The notes under the pieces are model-generated. The model saw only the letters and a program-made list of their open reading frames with translations. It searched no databases and was not told the origin of the DNA. DNA of 64,000 nt, taken from positions 85,624,001 through 85,688,000 of the forward strand of contig NC_086097.1 in the NCBI RefSeq assembly GCF_963921235.1, written 5' to 3'. The DNA is from Mobula hypostoma (taxonomy: Eukaryota). Of this stretch, positions 1-12,430 are shown one piece after another (the first letter of the stretch is position 1; the number at the start of each line of letters is the position of its first letter). The position numbers and the translations under genes are program-made.

Positions 1-750
1 ACATAGACATCCCACACACTTAAACAGTATTTGGAAGTGCTCTCAAAGAGCACAGATCGAGTGCAGGAAGATGGGATTAAGCTGAGAAGCTCTTATAACT
101 AATTCAGACCCAGAGGGCTATGTGGCATGCATCTGTTATGTAAGCCCTCTATGATCCCATCTACCATCTGGAAATGACTTTGTATGCGGTTCTTCAGTGA
201 CAGCAGGTGTACTTTGGATCTGCAAATCCACTTCACCTCCCCTTCACTTTCACATGACTTTTAAGTGTAACTAATTTGATAAAATGACAATAGACTTGAC
301 GAGACCACCAGGCAGCACTCTCTCACATCAGGACTCGCATCGGAGGATTGCGGGACACACTCCAGTCCGTGTGCTGCCATTCAGGTGAGGAATGGCTGGC
401 CAGCAAAACGCAGACTTCCAGTGGTGGTTGGATTCAGTGCTCACTTCTAAGAGGTGGAGCCATACTGTCAGTTAGTTAGCACTGATTGATAATCTCAATG
501 GACATCAGTCTCACCCTAAAGCACCGGAAAGTCACTCAGACCTCTTAATGCACGAGGTCCACACATAAAACACACGCAGTTCAATCTGGTTAGGCCGCAT
601 GTACAGTATTGCATCAATTCCTTTTACTTCATTAAACAAAGGATGTGGAGGCTTTGGAGAGGATGCAGAAGTGGTTTACCTGGATGCTGTCCGGTTTAGA
701 GGGCATGTGCTATTAGAGATTAGACAAACTTGCTTCTTCCCCCTCTGGAG

Positions 751-1383
751 CAGTGGTCCCCAATCTCCGGACCGCAGACCGATACCGGGCTGTGAAGCAT
801 GCAGGGGTGCAGCAGTAGCCAGAGCGCACCCAACACATCTTTAAGAAAAAAGCCGAAATAAACAAGCTAACTAATTAGGTGCTGCCCGGCACGTAAATGT
901 CGGCTCAGATCAGAGGCGATTGATGATTTCACTTGCTCTACGCGATGTTCACTCCTCCTTCCAGGGCGCTGGAGCCTTTAGCTGTTCCATTGTTTGGTCA
1001 ATTTAAACGCTAGCCCAGACAGGCTGAAAAGACAAGGCTGTCAGGATCCAGGTGACATGTTGAATCTACACAAACTTCTAATAAAGTATAGGCACTGCTG
1101 TGCTTTCTTTTTAATGACAGTTATGTGCTGGTCCCAGGACAGATCCTCTGACACTTTTCAGAGAGAGAAATGTCGATCCTTAATGCCGAAGAATATAAAG
1201 TTATTGACCCTCTCCACCTCAGTTCCTCTAATGAAGACTGGATTCTGGGTGGCACCTAATTAATTAGCTTGTTTATTTCGGCTTTTTTCTTAAAGATGTG
1301 CTGGGTGCATTCCGGTTACCGTTGTACCCTTGCATGCTTCGCGGCCCGGTATCGGTCTGCAGCCTGGAGGTTGGGGACCACTG
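751..1383. mobile_element. Non-autonomous hAT-like MITE with ~140-bp terminal inverted repeats (TIRs) and an internal Rex1/Babar-like fragment
   Basis: 751-890 (cagtggtccccaatctcc...aaagccgaaataaacaagctaa...taggtgc) is the reverse complement of ~1245-1383 (gcacctaattaattagcttgtttatttcggc...ggaggttggggaccactg). CAGTGGTCCCCAA ends are hAT-like. No clean 8-bp TSD. Confidence 0.75.
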
Positions 1384-1417
1384 AACGAGAGCAACCAGAG
1401 GCTGATGGAAGACCCGA

Positions 1418-1499
1418 TAGAGTCCCAACCTCTTTTATGTCATGGACCCCTACCATTCACTGAGGTTCCATGGACTGGGCCCCAGATTGGGAACCCCTG
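1418..1499. mobile_element. Small degenerate hAT-like MITE
   Basis: Imperfect TIRs (tagagtcccaacc ... cagattgggaacccctg) and an internal repeat of catggac. Confidence 0.45.
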
Positions 1500-1595
1500 T
1501 AGGTTTATAAGATTATGAGAGCCAGCTTCAAAATATTTAATACTAGAAGACTTGCAATTAAGGTGAGATGGGTAAGTTCAACAGAGATCTGTGGT

Positions 1596-2240
1596 GTTAT
1601 GTTTTGTAACTCTAAAACATAAAATTGATAGAAGGAAAAATATGGGAGCTGGGGATAACGTGTATGTTTAGTTTTACTTTTGTGAAGCAAGCAAAAATGG
1701 TGGAATGACGTATGCCATATGATGTATAAACCATAGTAAATTATGTAAACAACACAGAATGTTTAAACAATGTATTTACAATATTACTCAAATATAACTG
1801 TAACATTAAATACACAACGCTCCGCTCTGCTGAGCTATAATCTCCAACTCAGTATAGAATGCATCTGAACTTGTACACATATAGATATATAAAAATAATA
1901 GAACTACTATATAGACATCTCAACAGAGGAAATTTTAAGTTGTCCCATTCAGACTTAAAGGCTTAATTGCTGTGGAGACTTTCTTACTATTGAGGGATAA
2001 TGTCTTTCTGCTTGGCAGGTGAGAATTGTTAATGTGAAACAATCAGGGATCTTCCTCCATGGTGGTTGTAGGAGTTCACTCTGGGACTGCAGAAAGTAGT
2101 TCTGGACACTTTTCTTCCCTAACAATCAACACAGCTCTCCTCAGCTGATCGATGTGCCATCTCCAGGTGCCATCAGACACAATCTCCACTGTGTGGGAGG
2201 ATGATCCAGTTCTTTCCAGTACCCACCTTTGATCACCTTT
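1596..2240 (-). mobile_element. Gypsy LTR-retrotransposon remnant (3' end of integrase plus probable LTR)
   Basis: Minus-strand peptide TGSSSHTVEIVSDGTWRWHIDQLR resembles the Gypsy integrase C-terminal W-R-R-H-x-D-Q-L motif. The adjacent segment starting tgttatgttttgtaac looks LTR-like. Confidence 0.55.
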
Positions 2241-2469
2241 GCAGCCCCTCGACACGTTTTCTTTTACATAGAGTGGCGGGTGCCTGGAATGCACTGCCGG
2301 GGTGGTGCCGGAAGCAAATATGACAGAGGCATTTAAGAAGCTCTCATGAATATGCAGAGAATGGTGGGATATAGAGATTGTGTAGGCAGACAGGTTGTGA
2401 TCAGAAGGGCCTGTTCTTGTGCCATCTTGTCTCAGCATAATTTGTTTAGATAATGAATGTCTATAAAAA

Positions 2470-3085
2470 TTAAAGAAATTTGGCCTGTCCCCTAAAACTC
2501 TATTTTTTATAGATGCACTGTAGAAAGCATTCTTCTAGGGTGCATCACAACCTGGTATGGAAGTTGTCCTGTCCAAGACCGAAAGAAGCTGCAGAAGATC
2601 GTGAACACGCCACAGCACATTACACAAACCAATCTTCCGTCTGTGGACTCATTCTACACCGCACGCTGTCGGAGCAGTGCTGCCAGGATAATCAAGGACA
2701 CGACCCACCCAGCCAACACACTTTTCGTCCCTCTTCCCTCTGGGAGAAGGCACAGGAGCTTGAAGACTCATACGGCCAGATTTGGGAACAGCTTCTTTCC
2801 AACTGTGGTAAGACTGCTGAATGGATCCTGACCCGGATCTGGGCCGTACCCTCCAAATATCTGGACCTGCCTCTAGGTTTTTTTGCACTACCTTACTTCC
2901 CATTTTTCTATTTTCTATTTATGATTTATAATTTAACTTTTTAATATTTACTAATTTTAACTATTTTTAATATCTTTAATATTTAATATTTGTAATCCAG
3001 GGAGTGTGAAGCGCAGAATTAAATATCGCTGTGATGATTGTACGTTCTAGTGCCAATTGTTTGGCGACAATAATGTATAAAGTAT
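2470..3085 (+). mobile_element. Rex1/Babar-like LINE, 3' portion
   Basis: Translates to FYRCTVESILLGCITTWYG...IIKDTTHPANTLFVPLPSGRRHRSLKTHTARFGNSFFPTVVRLLN, followed by an AT-rich 3' UTR. Confidence 0.8.
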
Positions 3086-3249
3086 CCCCGTGGATCATAC
3101 CTGGTCATTCCCCATTCTCCACCTCCTCAGGTTTCTTGGTCATATTTTCCTCTCTTCATCCCCAAACTTGATTTTTTTTAAAGAAAACATTTGCTCAGGT
3201 TTTTCTTCTTCTAATCTCTAGAGAAGTTTGAATATGAATGAGAATTAGG

Positions 3250-3800
3250 TCATCGACTTTATTATCACTGACATATCTGCATGTCATGAAATGTGTGGTT
3301 TTGCTGTAGCAGTACAGTACAAGACATAAACATTATGATACATTATGAAGTAAATAAATAATGCAAAAGATGAATAATGACTTAGTGCTCATTGGCCCAT
3401 GGACTGTTTAGAAACTTGATAACGGGGGAAGAAGCTGTTCTTAAAACACTGACTGAGTCTTCAGGCTCTTGCACCTCCTCCTTGATGGTAGTAACACAAA
3501 GAGAACATGTCCCAGAGGGTGAGGTCCTTAATACAAGTTGCTGCCTCTTAAAGATATCTTTGATGGCAGGTAGGGTTGTGCCCATGAGGGAACTGGCTGA
3601 GTCTACTACCCTCTCTACCGATCTTGTAGATTGGAGTCTCCATACCAGATGATGATACAGCCAGTCAGGATGCTCTCCACCACACATTTGTAGAACTTTG
3701 CAAGAGTCTTTGGTAACATACCAATCTCCTCAAATACCTAATGAAATAGATAATGCTGCTGTTCTTTCCTCATGATTGCAACGATGTGTTGGGCCAGATG
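3250..3800 (-). mobile_element. Rex1/Babar-like LINE 3' remnant
   Basis: Degenerate minus-strand RT C-terminus (RVVDSASSLMGTTLPAI...) with a tail toward 3250. Confidence 0.65.
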
Positions 3801-4984
3801 TGCTGCAGTTTCAACACACAGTATTTGATACATCACTTTTTTTTTAAGCTTCTCTGTCAAACAATTGTGCCACTAGGCAGATAGAATTAAAGCACATCAT
3901 TCAGATTTTTGGATTTGGGTATCAATCTCAGGTTGCAGAAACAGTCCCGTTTGTGTAATAACTCCTTCAGTGTTTGGCTTCTAGTATTGCAGAACTTTTA
4001 ACTAATTTCTCACTTTCTGCTTGAGCCGAGAAGAACAGCCATCATTTCTTTACGTGGTGATTAACCAAAGTTGTAAATTATCTCCGCCATTCAGGAGCTT
4101 TCATTGAAAAAACTACTGTCAACTTAGAGAAGGTTCCACAATTTTTCTGAATGGAGAAAGACAAATAGCAAATCTTCCATGGAAGATGCAGCAAAATTAC
4201 TTTCCACACAGATTCACAAGCACATACTACAGAATATGAGGTAGAAAGACCTCAGTATCCACATTAAAATTATCTTTGATTCTCTAAGACCTCTAGTAAT
4301 TTGGAAAACAGCCTAGGTAATTAGATGCATTGGCAAATTTTCTTTTCAACTATGAAATATCCGTGAGAAAATCAATTGCATAACTCCTTTCTTCAGCACT
4401 GCACATGAAAATCAATTTTCCCCCCAGAGAGAAACACATTGATGATTATTTCTGTGCCACTTGTATCACTGCAGAAATTGGACCAGTGATTTATGAAGCG
4501 TCACCTTTGCACTTTAAGTGTCAGCACTGAGCAAGATAGTATTGCTGCCTGAAGAGGTGTTGGAGGCAGATATTTTCACATTTCAAAAGCACTGAGACAA
4601 GTACTTGAAATGTCAAGGCAAAAGTGTCAATGGACCTAATGCTGATAAATGGGATTAGTGTAGATAGGTACAGTAGGACATGTAGACTATAGGACCTGTT
4701 TCTGTGCTGCATTCTCCGTTTGACTTTCTATTTAGTGCATTACAGGATAAGTCAGGCCATAAAGCTCCCAGAGGGACTGTCATGAGATAATCCTGAGATA
4801 GCCGAGACTTCCCAGTGTGAATAAATACCTTGCTCACCTTCATATTTCAGGCTTAGCTCCAGCATCCCAAACATTTAATCTGCTCAGATGCCACCACCTC
4901 CTCACACTTCAAAATCCCCACCCCATTGAAAATCTAGGGCTGCATCCTCTTCTCCTGACTTTACATCCAATACACTCAGGACTG

Positions 4985-5815
4985 TGTGGCTTGATTCTTC
5001 TGTGACCCCGTCTACAGGTTGCCAGATGATACCACTGGAGTGTACTGAATCTGAAATAATGATGAGTCGGAGTGCAAGAAGGAGATAGAGAGCCTGGTGG
5101 CATGGTGTCATGACACCAACCTTTCCCTCAATGTCAGCAGAGCTGCTTGTTGAGTACAGGAAGGAGAGCAATGCACATTCTCCTATTTGCATCAAAGGTG
5201 CTAAGGTCAGGAGGGTTGAGAGGCTTCAGGTTCCTAGGAGAGAACATCACCGATAGCCCGCCCTGCTCTTACCTTAGCCAAGAAAGTGCACCAGCAACTC
5301 TACATCTTCAGGAGGCAAAGACATTTGACATGTCAACTTTGACCCTCAAATTTTTACAGATGCACCACAGAAAGCATTCTACCTAGACGCAGCACAGAAA
5401 TCAACCTCCAGTCCTTGGACTCTTCCTGTGCTTCTCACTGCCTTGGTAAAGCAGTCAACATAATCAAAGACCTCACCCACCCCTGATGTTTTCTCTTCGC
5501 CCCTTCACATTAAGCAGAAGATGGAAAGACCTGAAAGTTCTAACAAACTGGGCTCAAGGACAGATTATTTCCAGATGTCTAATGAACAGTCCCCTAGTAT
5601 GATAAAATGGGCTCTTGACCTCTCAAGTAACTCACTTAATTTCTTCCTTCTCAATACTTTCTCTGTAAGTGTAAAACCTCTTTCTGCATTCTGTTATTAT
5701 TTTTCCCTTGTCCTGTACCACCTCAATGTGCTGATTCAAATGATCCATAAGGATGGCATGTAAAACAAGGTTTTTCACTCTACCTCAGTGCATGTGATAC
5801 TAATAAACCAATTTA
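4985..5815 (+). mobile_element. Rex1/Babar-like LINE remnant
   Basis: Degenerate RT (gttgccagatgatacc; LVAWCHDTNLSLNVS; FRFLG) and 3' UTR ending aataaaccaattt. Confidence 0.65.
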
Positions 5816-6039
5816 TCTCACAGACACACTGCCCTGATCGATTCAACTGCTAATTGAGACAGCCCGCCCCTTCTCCCAAAGCCCATAATACAATCTGGCT
5901 CCAATTCGCCTGGCACCTAGAAGCTCAAAGAGGTCTGTTGCTAACAACAACCACCGCTCCCAGATTCCAGACCCTGGAAGAAGAACAAGGTGGTACATCC
6001 ACCGCTCTGAAGCATGAGGGTTATTCATTGAAATTCATT

Positions 6040-7910
6040 GAATTCTTCATTAAGATGGAGAGTGACATAGTTAATTCAGAAACAAAGGTTCTGAACTTAA
6101 AGAGGGGTAACTTTGAAGGTATGAGACGTGAATTAGCTAAGATAGACTGGCAAATGACACTTAAAGGATTGACGGTGGATATGCAATGGCAAGCATTTAA
6201 AGGTTGCATGGATGAACTACAACAATTGTTCATCCCAGTTTGGCAAAAGAATAAATCAAGGAAGGTAGTGCACCCGTGGCTGACAAGAGAAATTAGGGAT
6301 AGTATCAATTCCAAAGAAGAAGCATACAAATTAGCCAGAGAAAGTGGCTCACCTGAGGACTGGGAGAAATTCAGAGTTCAACAGAGGAGGACAAAGGGCT
6401 TAATTAGGAAGGGGAAAAAAGATTATGAGAGAAAACTGGCAGGGAACATAAAAACGGACTGTAAAAGCTTTTATAGATATGTAAAAAGGAAAAGACTGGT
6501 AAAGACAAATGTAGGCCCCCTGCAGACAGAAACAGGTGAATTGATTATGGGGAGCAAGGACATGGCAGACCAATTGAATAGTTACTTTGGTTCTGTCTTC
6601 ACTAAGGAGGACATAAATAATCTTCCAGAAATAGTAAGGGACAGAGGGTCCAGTGGGATGGAGGAACTGAGCGAAATACATGTTAGTAGGGAAGTGGTGT
6701 TAGGTAAATTGAAGGGATTGAAGGCAGATAAATCCCCAGGGCCAGATGGTCTGCATCCTAGAGTGCTTAAAGAAGTAGCCCAAGAAATAGTGGATGCATT
6801 AGTGATAATTTTTCAAAACTCGTTAGATTCTGGACTAGTTCCTGAGGATTGGAGGGTGGCTAATGTAACCCCACTTTTTAAAAAAGGAGGGAGAGAGAAA
6901 CCGGGGAATTATAGTTGTTTACAATATATATTAATGACTTGGATGAGGGAATTAAATGCAGCATCTCCAAGTTTGCGGATGACACAAAGCTGGGTGGCAG
7001 TGTTAGCAGTGAGGAGGATGCTAAGAGGATGCAGGGTGACTTGGATAGGTTGGGTGAGTGGGCAAATTCATGGCAGATGCAATTTAATGTGGATAAATGT
7101 GAAGTTATCCACTTTGGTGGCAAAAATAGGAAAACAGATTATTATCTGAATGGTGGCCGATTAGGAAAAGGGGAGGTGCAACGAGACCTGGGTGTCACTA
7201 TACACCAGTCATTGAAAGTGGGCATGCAGGTACATCAGGCGGTGAAAAAGGTGAATGGTATGCTGGCATTTATAGCGAGAGGATTCGAGTACAGGAGCAG
7301 GGAGGTACTACTGCAGTTGTACAAGGCCTTGGTGAGACCACACCTGGAGTATTGTGTGCAGTTTTGGTCCCCTAATCTGAGGAAAGACATCTTTGCCATA
7401 GAGGGAGTACAAAGAAGGTTCACCAGATTGATTCCTGGGATGGCGGGACTTTCATATGAAGAAAGACTGGATGAATTGGGCTTGTATTCGTTGGAATTTA
7501 AAGATTGAGGGGGGATCTGATTGAAACGTATAAGATCCTAAAGGGATTGGACAGGCTAGATGCAGGAAGATTGTTCCCGATGTTGGGGAAGTCCAGAACG
7601 AGGGGTCACAGTTTGAGGATAGAGGGGAAGCCTTTTAGGACCGAGATTAGGGAAAACCTTCTTCACACAGAGAGTGGTGAATCTGTGGAATTCTCTGCCA
7701 CAGGAAACTGTTGAGGCCAGTTCATTGGCTATATTTAAGAGGGAGTTTGATATGGCCCTTGTGGCTACGGGGGTCAGGGGGTATGGAGGGAAGGCTGGGG
7801 CAGGGTTCTGAGTTGGATGATCAGCCATGATCATAATAAATGGCGGTGCAGGCTCGAAGGGCCGAATGGCCTACTTCTGCACCTATTTTCTATGTTTCTA
7901 TGTTTCTATG
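6040..7910 (+). mobile_element. Young CR1 LINE, 5'-truncated, with ~408-bp internal deletion
   Basis: Near-identical to 47334-49600. Junction gggaattatag|ttgtttac at 6914/6915 skips 48209-48616. Ends in a (tttctatg)n tail. Confidence 0.95.
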
Positions 7911-8080
7911 AAATAGCTGCTGTACATGTCTAGCACACCCCTCAAAGCACTGGAAAATACACGCAACATGTCTTAAAGTTCTTGCATTGCTAATCTTTCC
8001 CTATTAATCTTGTCCAGACCTTTCTTCCCCAACTACAGTAATACTTTTGAACCTATTACCTCTTCACATTCCCTTCCCAG

Positions 8081-8306
8081 CGGGGAACGCCGACTCAGAC
8101 TACGAGAGGCCTGCATCGGACATTCTCATGCCTTACAAGGCGCAGATTGGAAGTCTGTGTGGGGCGCCACTCCTCGCACAAACTAGAGCAATGTGTGATT
8201 AAGTGCCTTGCTCAACGGCACAAACATGCTGCCACAGCTGAGGCTCGAACTAGCGATCTTGAGGTAACTAGACGAACGCCTTAACCACTTGGCCACGTGC
8301 CCAACA
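8081..8306 (-). mobile_element. tRNA-derived SINE with 9-bp TSD
   Basis: Minus strand has A-box TGGCCAAGTGG, B-box GTTCGAGCC and CORE-like ttgagcaaggcacttaa. TSD ccttcccag at 8072-8080 and 8307-8315. Confidence 0.85.
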
Positions 8307-9905
8307 CCTTCCCAGAGGTGCTACCATATTCTCAGACTCCCAATTCTACCTCGCTCAATTATTCCATTATTGTCACTTTAATATTTCCTTTTGCATTACA
8401 TATGATTGCATTTTAATCTTTATACCATTATTTTTATTTGTGCTCAATGTTGTTCATATTATTGTATTTATTTGTATCATATATACTGCTTACGTTGTGA
8501 AGTTCATGGGAGCAAGGGATTTCATTGGACCCTGGTCTATATGACAATTAACTAAACTAATTTTATGTTTACCCTTTTCAAATAAGCCCTCAACTTCCTG
8601 GATTAACCTGTAGAAACTCAGTAAACCTTAGTCCAGAACATAATTCCCTCTAAGCTGTGCATGTGTATGCGTGCGCACGCGTTTTTCAACCAGCACACGA
8701 AGGAAATTAATGTAAGCACAAAAGGTTAGTTATCTAAAATAATGTAGTTGTTAATAATTATACTTATTGAAAATAATCTTTTAGCTAACTGTTTCTATTA
8801 ACTAGTTAGTCGGTTTTTCAAATACCACAATGCACGTCACTAATTTACGTCACCTCACCTATCCTGTTCTGGTTTGTACAACTGCATCATGGCGGCAGCC
8901 ATGTTTGGCGGACAGTGTTCATATCGTAAAGTTTACAAAGATCTTTTTCAAATCCCGTAGGTAGCTTACTAAGTTTTTATTGGAAAAAATATTGATTCAC
9001 TATGTTGAATTCAAAAGAAGTGAAGGGTGTGAAGCGCAAAAGAATTGCAAATTTGTTTAAAGTTGAAAGGCTTAACAAAATAGTAGAAACTGTTACACCG
9101 AAAGCTCATGAGGTCATGAATGTTCAGCTATGAGAAATATTTATGTATGATTCAGAAACTGGAGTTACCTGTTTGTATTGTCGTGATGTGAAAGTTGCTG
9201 GAGAATTTGCTAGTGGAAAGAAGTGGGATGATATTTGGAAACTTGACTTTTTGAAGCGTCATTTGGCAAGTAAATCACATTTGGATGGTGTGCAAAAGCT
9301 CAGGCAACAGAACCCATCATTACCCGTTACAGGAGTGCTACACATGTTACGGTTGAGTGCAGATGAGCGAGAGCGAAAACAATCAAACTCAGAGGAGATC
9401 AAAGTTGAGGTGAAGAATGGTCAGCTTTTGATTTCTCCGCAATTACAGATTGTGACTTCACATTTGACGATGAACAAGTTAATGCCTTATGTCTAAAATA
9501 TCATGATTTTCTAACTGAAAATATTGTAATAGTTATACAATTTGATGATTTCAAATTTTCCATGCAAGAAAAAATTAAATCCAAACTGATTTCAAACTTT
9601 TCTCAAATGGTGGCATTTGTACTTCAAAATGAATAGTTTTGCAACTTTGCACAGTTGATGGACATTGAGGGAACCTTTCTTGCGTCTAGTGTGGACTGTG
9701 AACAAGGTTTTAGCCTAATAAATCAACTCAAAAACAAGCTGGAAACCGTTTTGGTGAAAGTCATTTGGATATGTTAATGAGAATCAAAAGCTATCAATGC
9801 GATGGAAGTTCTATTAGTCGAGAAAGAGTTTACAAAGAATGGGTAAATGCCAAAGACAGGAGAGAAAAAATAACTGAGTGACTTAAATATGATAAAAATT
9901 AATAT

Positions 9906-10377
9906 CTCCAACCTGATGGCATGAACATTGACTTCTCTAACTTCGGTTAATGCCCCTCCTCCCCTTCGTACCCCATCCCCTAATTATTTATTTATTATTA
10001 TCATTATTATGATTTTTTTCTTTCCCTTTTTTCTCTTTTTTTCTCCCTCTGTCTCTCTCACTATAACTTCTTGCCCATCCTCTGGGCTTCTCCCCCTCCC
10101 ACTTTCTTTCTCCCTAGGCCTCCCGTCCCATGTTCCTCTCCCTTCTCCAGCCTCGTATCCCTTTTGCCAATCAACTTTCCAACTCTCAGCTCCATCCCTC
10201 CCACTCCTGTCTTCTCCTATCATTTCGGATCTCCCCCTCCCCCTCTCACCTTCAAATCTCTTACTATCTCTTCTTTCAGTTAGTCCTGACGAAGGGTCTC
10301 GGCCTGAAATGTCGACTGTACCTCTTCTTAGAGATGCTGCCTGGCCTGCTGTGTTCACTAGCATTTTTTGTGTTTCA
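9906..10377 (+). mobile_element. Penelope-like element 3' fragment nested in the hAT element
   Basis: Homologous to 44032-44470. 12-bp direct repeat gacttaaatatg at 9880-9891 and 10378-10389. Confidence 0.85.
10282..10317 (+). ncRNA. Minimal hammerhead ribozyme motif (stem III mutated)
   Basis: agtc-CTGACGA-agg gtctcgg cct-GAAA-t-GTC-gact. Confidence 0.6.
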
Positions 10378-11859
10378 GACTTAAATATGTATGTTATTTT
10401 GTTGTTATTCTGTGCAGTTGTATGTCAAGTATTTTGTAAACCTACATAAACTGTCCAATGTGTGCATTCAGTGCACACATACTTTTGTCACAGGAAAAAA
10501 AATTGCACAACCTAAGATTTTTGTGCACACTGACTACTAAAAATTAGAGGGAACATTGGTCCAGAACTTTTTGGTTCTCTCTAAAAATGGAATTGCTGTA
10601 TTCCATTTTTCATCTAACTTGTTTTTGCTTCTCAAACTGCTAGCAATATAAGCTGATGATAAGTAGATGGGGCATAAGTCTCTACTGAATGACAGAGGCA
10701 TAGGGAAGTGAAATATAAAGTGTGGAGGAAGGAACAAGATTGTGCAGAAGAGAATTTAACTAGAATCAAGTTGGAGGTAGAAAGAGAAATATTAGGTTTT
10801 TTTAAAAAAGACCAAATTTCTATTAAAAGCACAGTCAGAAAAAAAATGCAAGAAAATGAATATTTCACAAAACCCCTGGCAACAATTTGTGTCGTGAGCC
10901 TTCATGGTTATAATTGTTGTCTCTAAGTTGAACAGCAAATTAGGACCAATAGATTCTCCTTTGAAAGGAATCTTTTAGTTCTGAAATACCCATTCTAACT
11001 CCCTGCCGTGACTTTAATTCATTTTTATAAACCAAATTTAGCAATTTCACAGCAATCTCTTTTTATGAGAAATAGGACAAAGACATCCAATAACACATAA
11101 GGATTTGGAACACGGTTTATTTCTTTCTCCTCATAATTGCTGCTTTTCCTTAACACACTAATAATTACTTCTTTGAAAACACCGTTCATCAGCAAATTTT
11201 GGGCTATTACTAACAATAGACTTTGACCAGTCAAGCTGGGAAGTCCATTTTAACTTGCTTTAGTGCTAGCAAGTTTATTTAGACCAGGCATTCCCCCTTC
11301 TTGGAAAAAGACGTGAAGGACCATTAACTTTTATGTCTGTTGGACTTGTACAGACACTTCAGAACAATCTATTAGCAGATCATTGCAAAAACCTTCAATG
11401 AACTCTTGTGAAAGATAGGAGTGTAAGAGCCGTGATAATAAATTGCACCTTGGGCTTGCTCCTGCTGATAATCTGATTCCTTATTTTTCCTGAGTTGGTA
11501 GCCAAGCTGGCGAATCAGCTCCCTGCTGTTGCCCTTATCAGCTCCTCTCACTCAAATTCTTCCTTTTAATGCCACTCTCTCTAAACAGCATTCCCTATAC
11601 CTTGGAGTAAATATTCATACATGAAAAGAGGAGAGGAGCTTGGCACTTGAAGCCTGCCCTGACAATCAATATGATTGTGACTGATTTGAACTGCTGAGAA
11701 ATTACTGGGATAAATGTTTGAGACTTCCTTCCCATTGGAAATAAGTCAATCTCCATTAATTCACTTGGGTATTTGCTGGCAGATTTTCCCAACTGTTTCC
11801 CAATTTTCCCAACCATTTTCCAGGATTTTACCAACTATTTCACTGGCAGAGTTTCCCAA

Positions 11860-12430
11860 TAACCAGCTGGGAAAATGGACCGAAAAATGTTTGTTAGAGT
11901 TTAATGCAGACAAGTGTTAGGTGTTGCACTTTGGGAGGAAAGCGCAGAGCAGAATTTACACAATGAACCACTCTGGCAGAAAATTCCAAACACCCACCAT
12001 TCTCTGTGTTCATTTAAAAAAAACCTTGGCTATTCCCTCACCCTAACTTTTCCTCTAAGCACCTTAAAGTTATAACCCCTCAGATTAGCCATTTCTGTCC
12101 TAGGAAAAAGCCACTGGCTGTCCACTCTATTAATGCCTCTTATCATCTTGTACACCTCTAACAAGTTAGCTCTCATTTCCTTCCCTCCAAAGAGGGAAGT
12201 CGTAGCTCTCCCAGCCTTTCCTCATAAGGCGTTCTCAAATCCAGGCAGCATTCCAGTAAATTTCATTTGCATCCTCTCTAAAGCTTCCTTATTTTTCCTA
12301 TAATGAAGTGACCAGAACTGAACACAATATTCCCAAGTGTGGTCTAATGTAATTAGGGTTTTTATAGAACTCTCAGTGTTTGAATTCAATCCCCCGACTA
12401 TTGAAGGCCAACACACCATATGCCTTCTAG
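11860..12430. mobile_element. Old CR1 RT fragments in rearranged (plus, then minus) orientation
   Basis: 11860-11966 + encodes QLGKW.EK.LLEFNADKC. 11968-12430 - encodes downstream EYCVQFWS...ALERMQ. Confidence 0.7.

Larger units (their letters stand above)
8639..10558 (+). mobile_element. Internally deleted hAT DNA transposon (ZNF862-like transposase remnants)
   Basis: TIRs cataattccctctaa / ttagagggaacattg. Exact 8-bp TSD gtccagaa at 8631-8638 and 10559-10566. Zn-finger-like CLYC...LKRHLASKSH (9143-9496) and hATC-like ASSVDCEQGFSLINQLKNKL (~9680-9790). Confidence 0.9.

Noticed and set aside
293..390. Exon ending at cag|gtgagg
   Set aside because: Weak acceptor and unrecognised peptide; no support
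5854..7149. 431-aa ORF as a novel host-LINE fusion gene
   Set aside because: Non-ATG start, chance read-through from the flank into CR1 ORF2, then out of frame after the deletion
8235..8306. tRNA gene
   Set aside because: A/B boxes are present, but it continues into a SINE body and is flanked by a TSD
9928..10449. Pro/Ser/Leu-rich ORFs here and at 42.7-44.5 kb
   Set aside because: They arise from the pyrimidine-rich Penelope 3' region, with no protein motif
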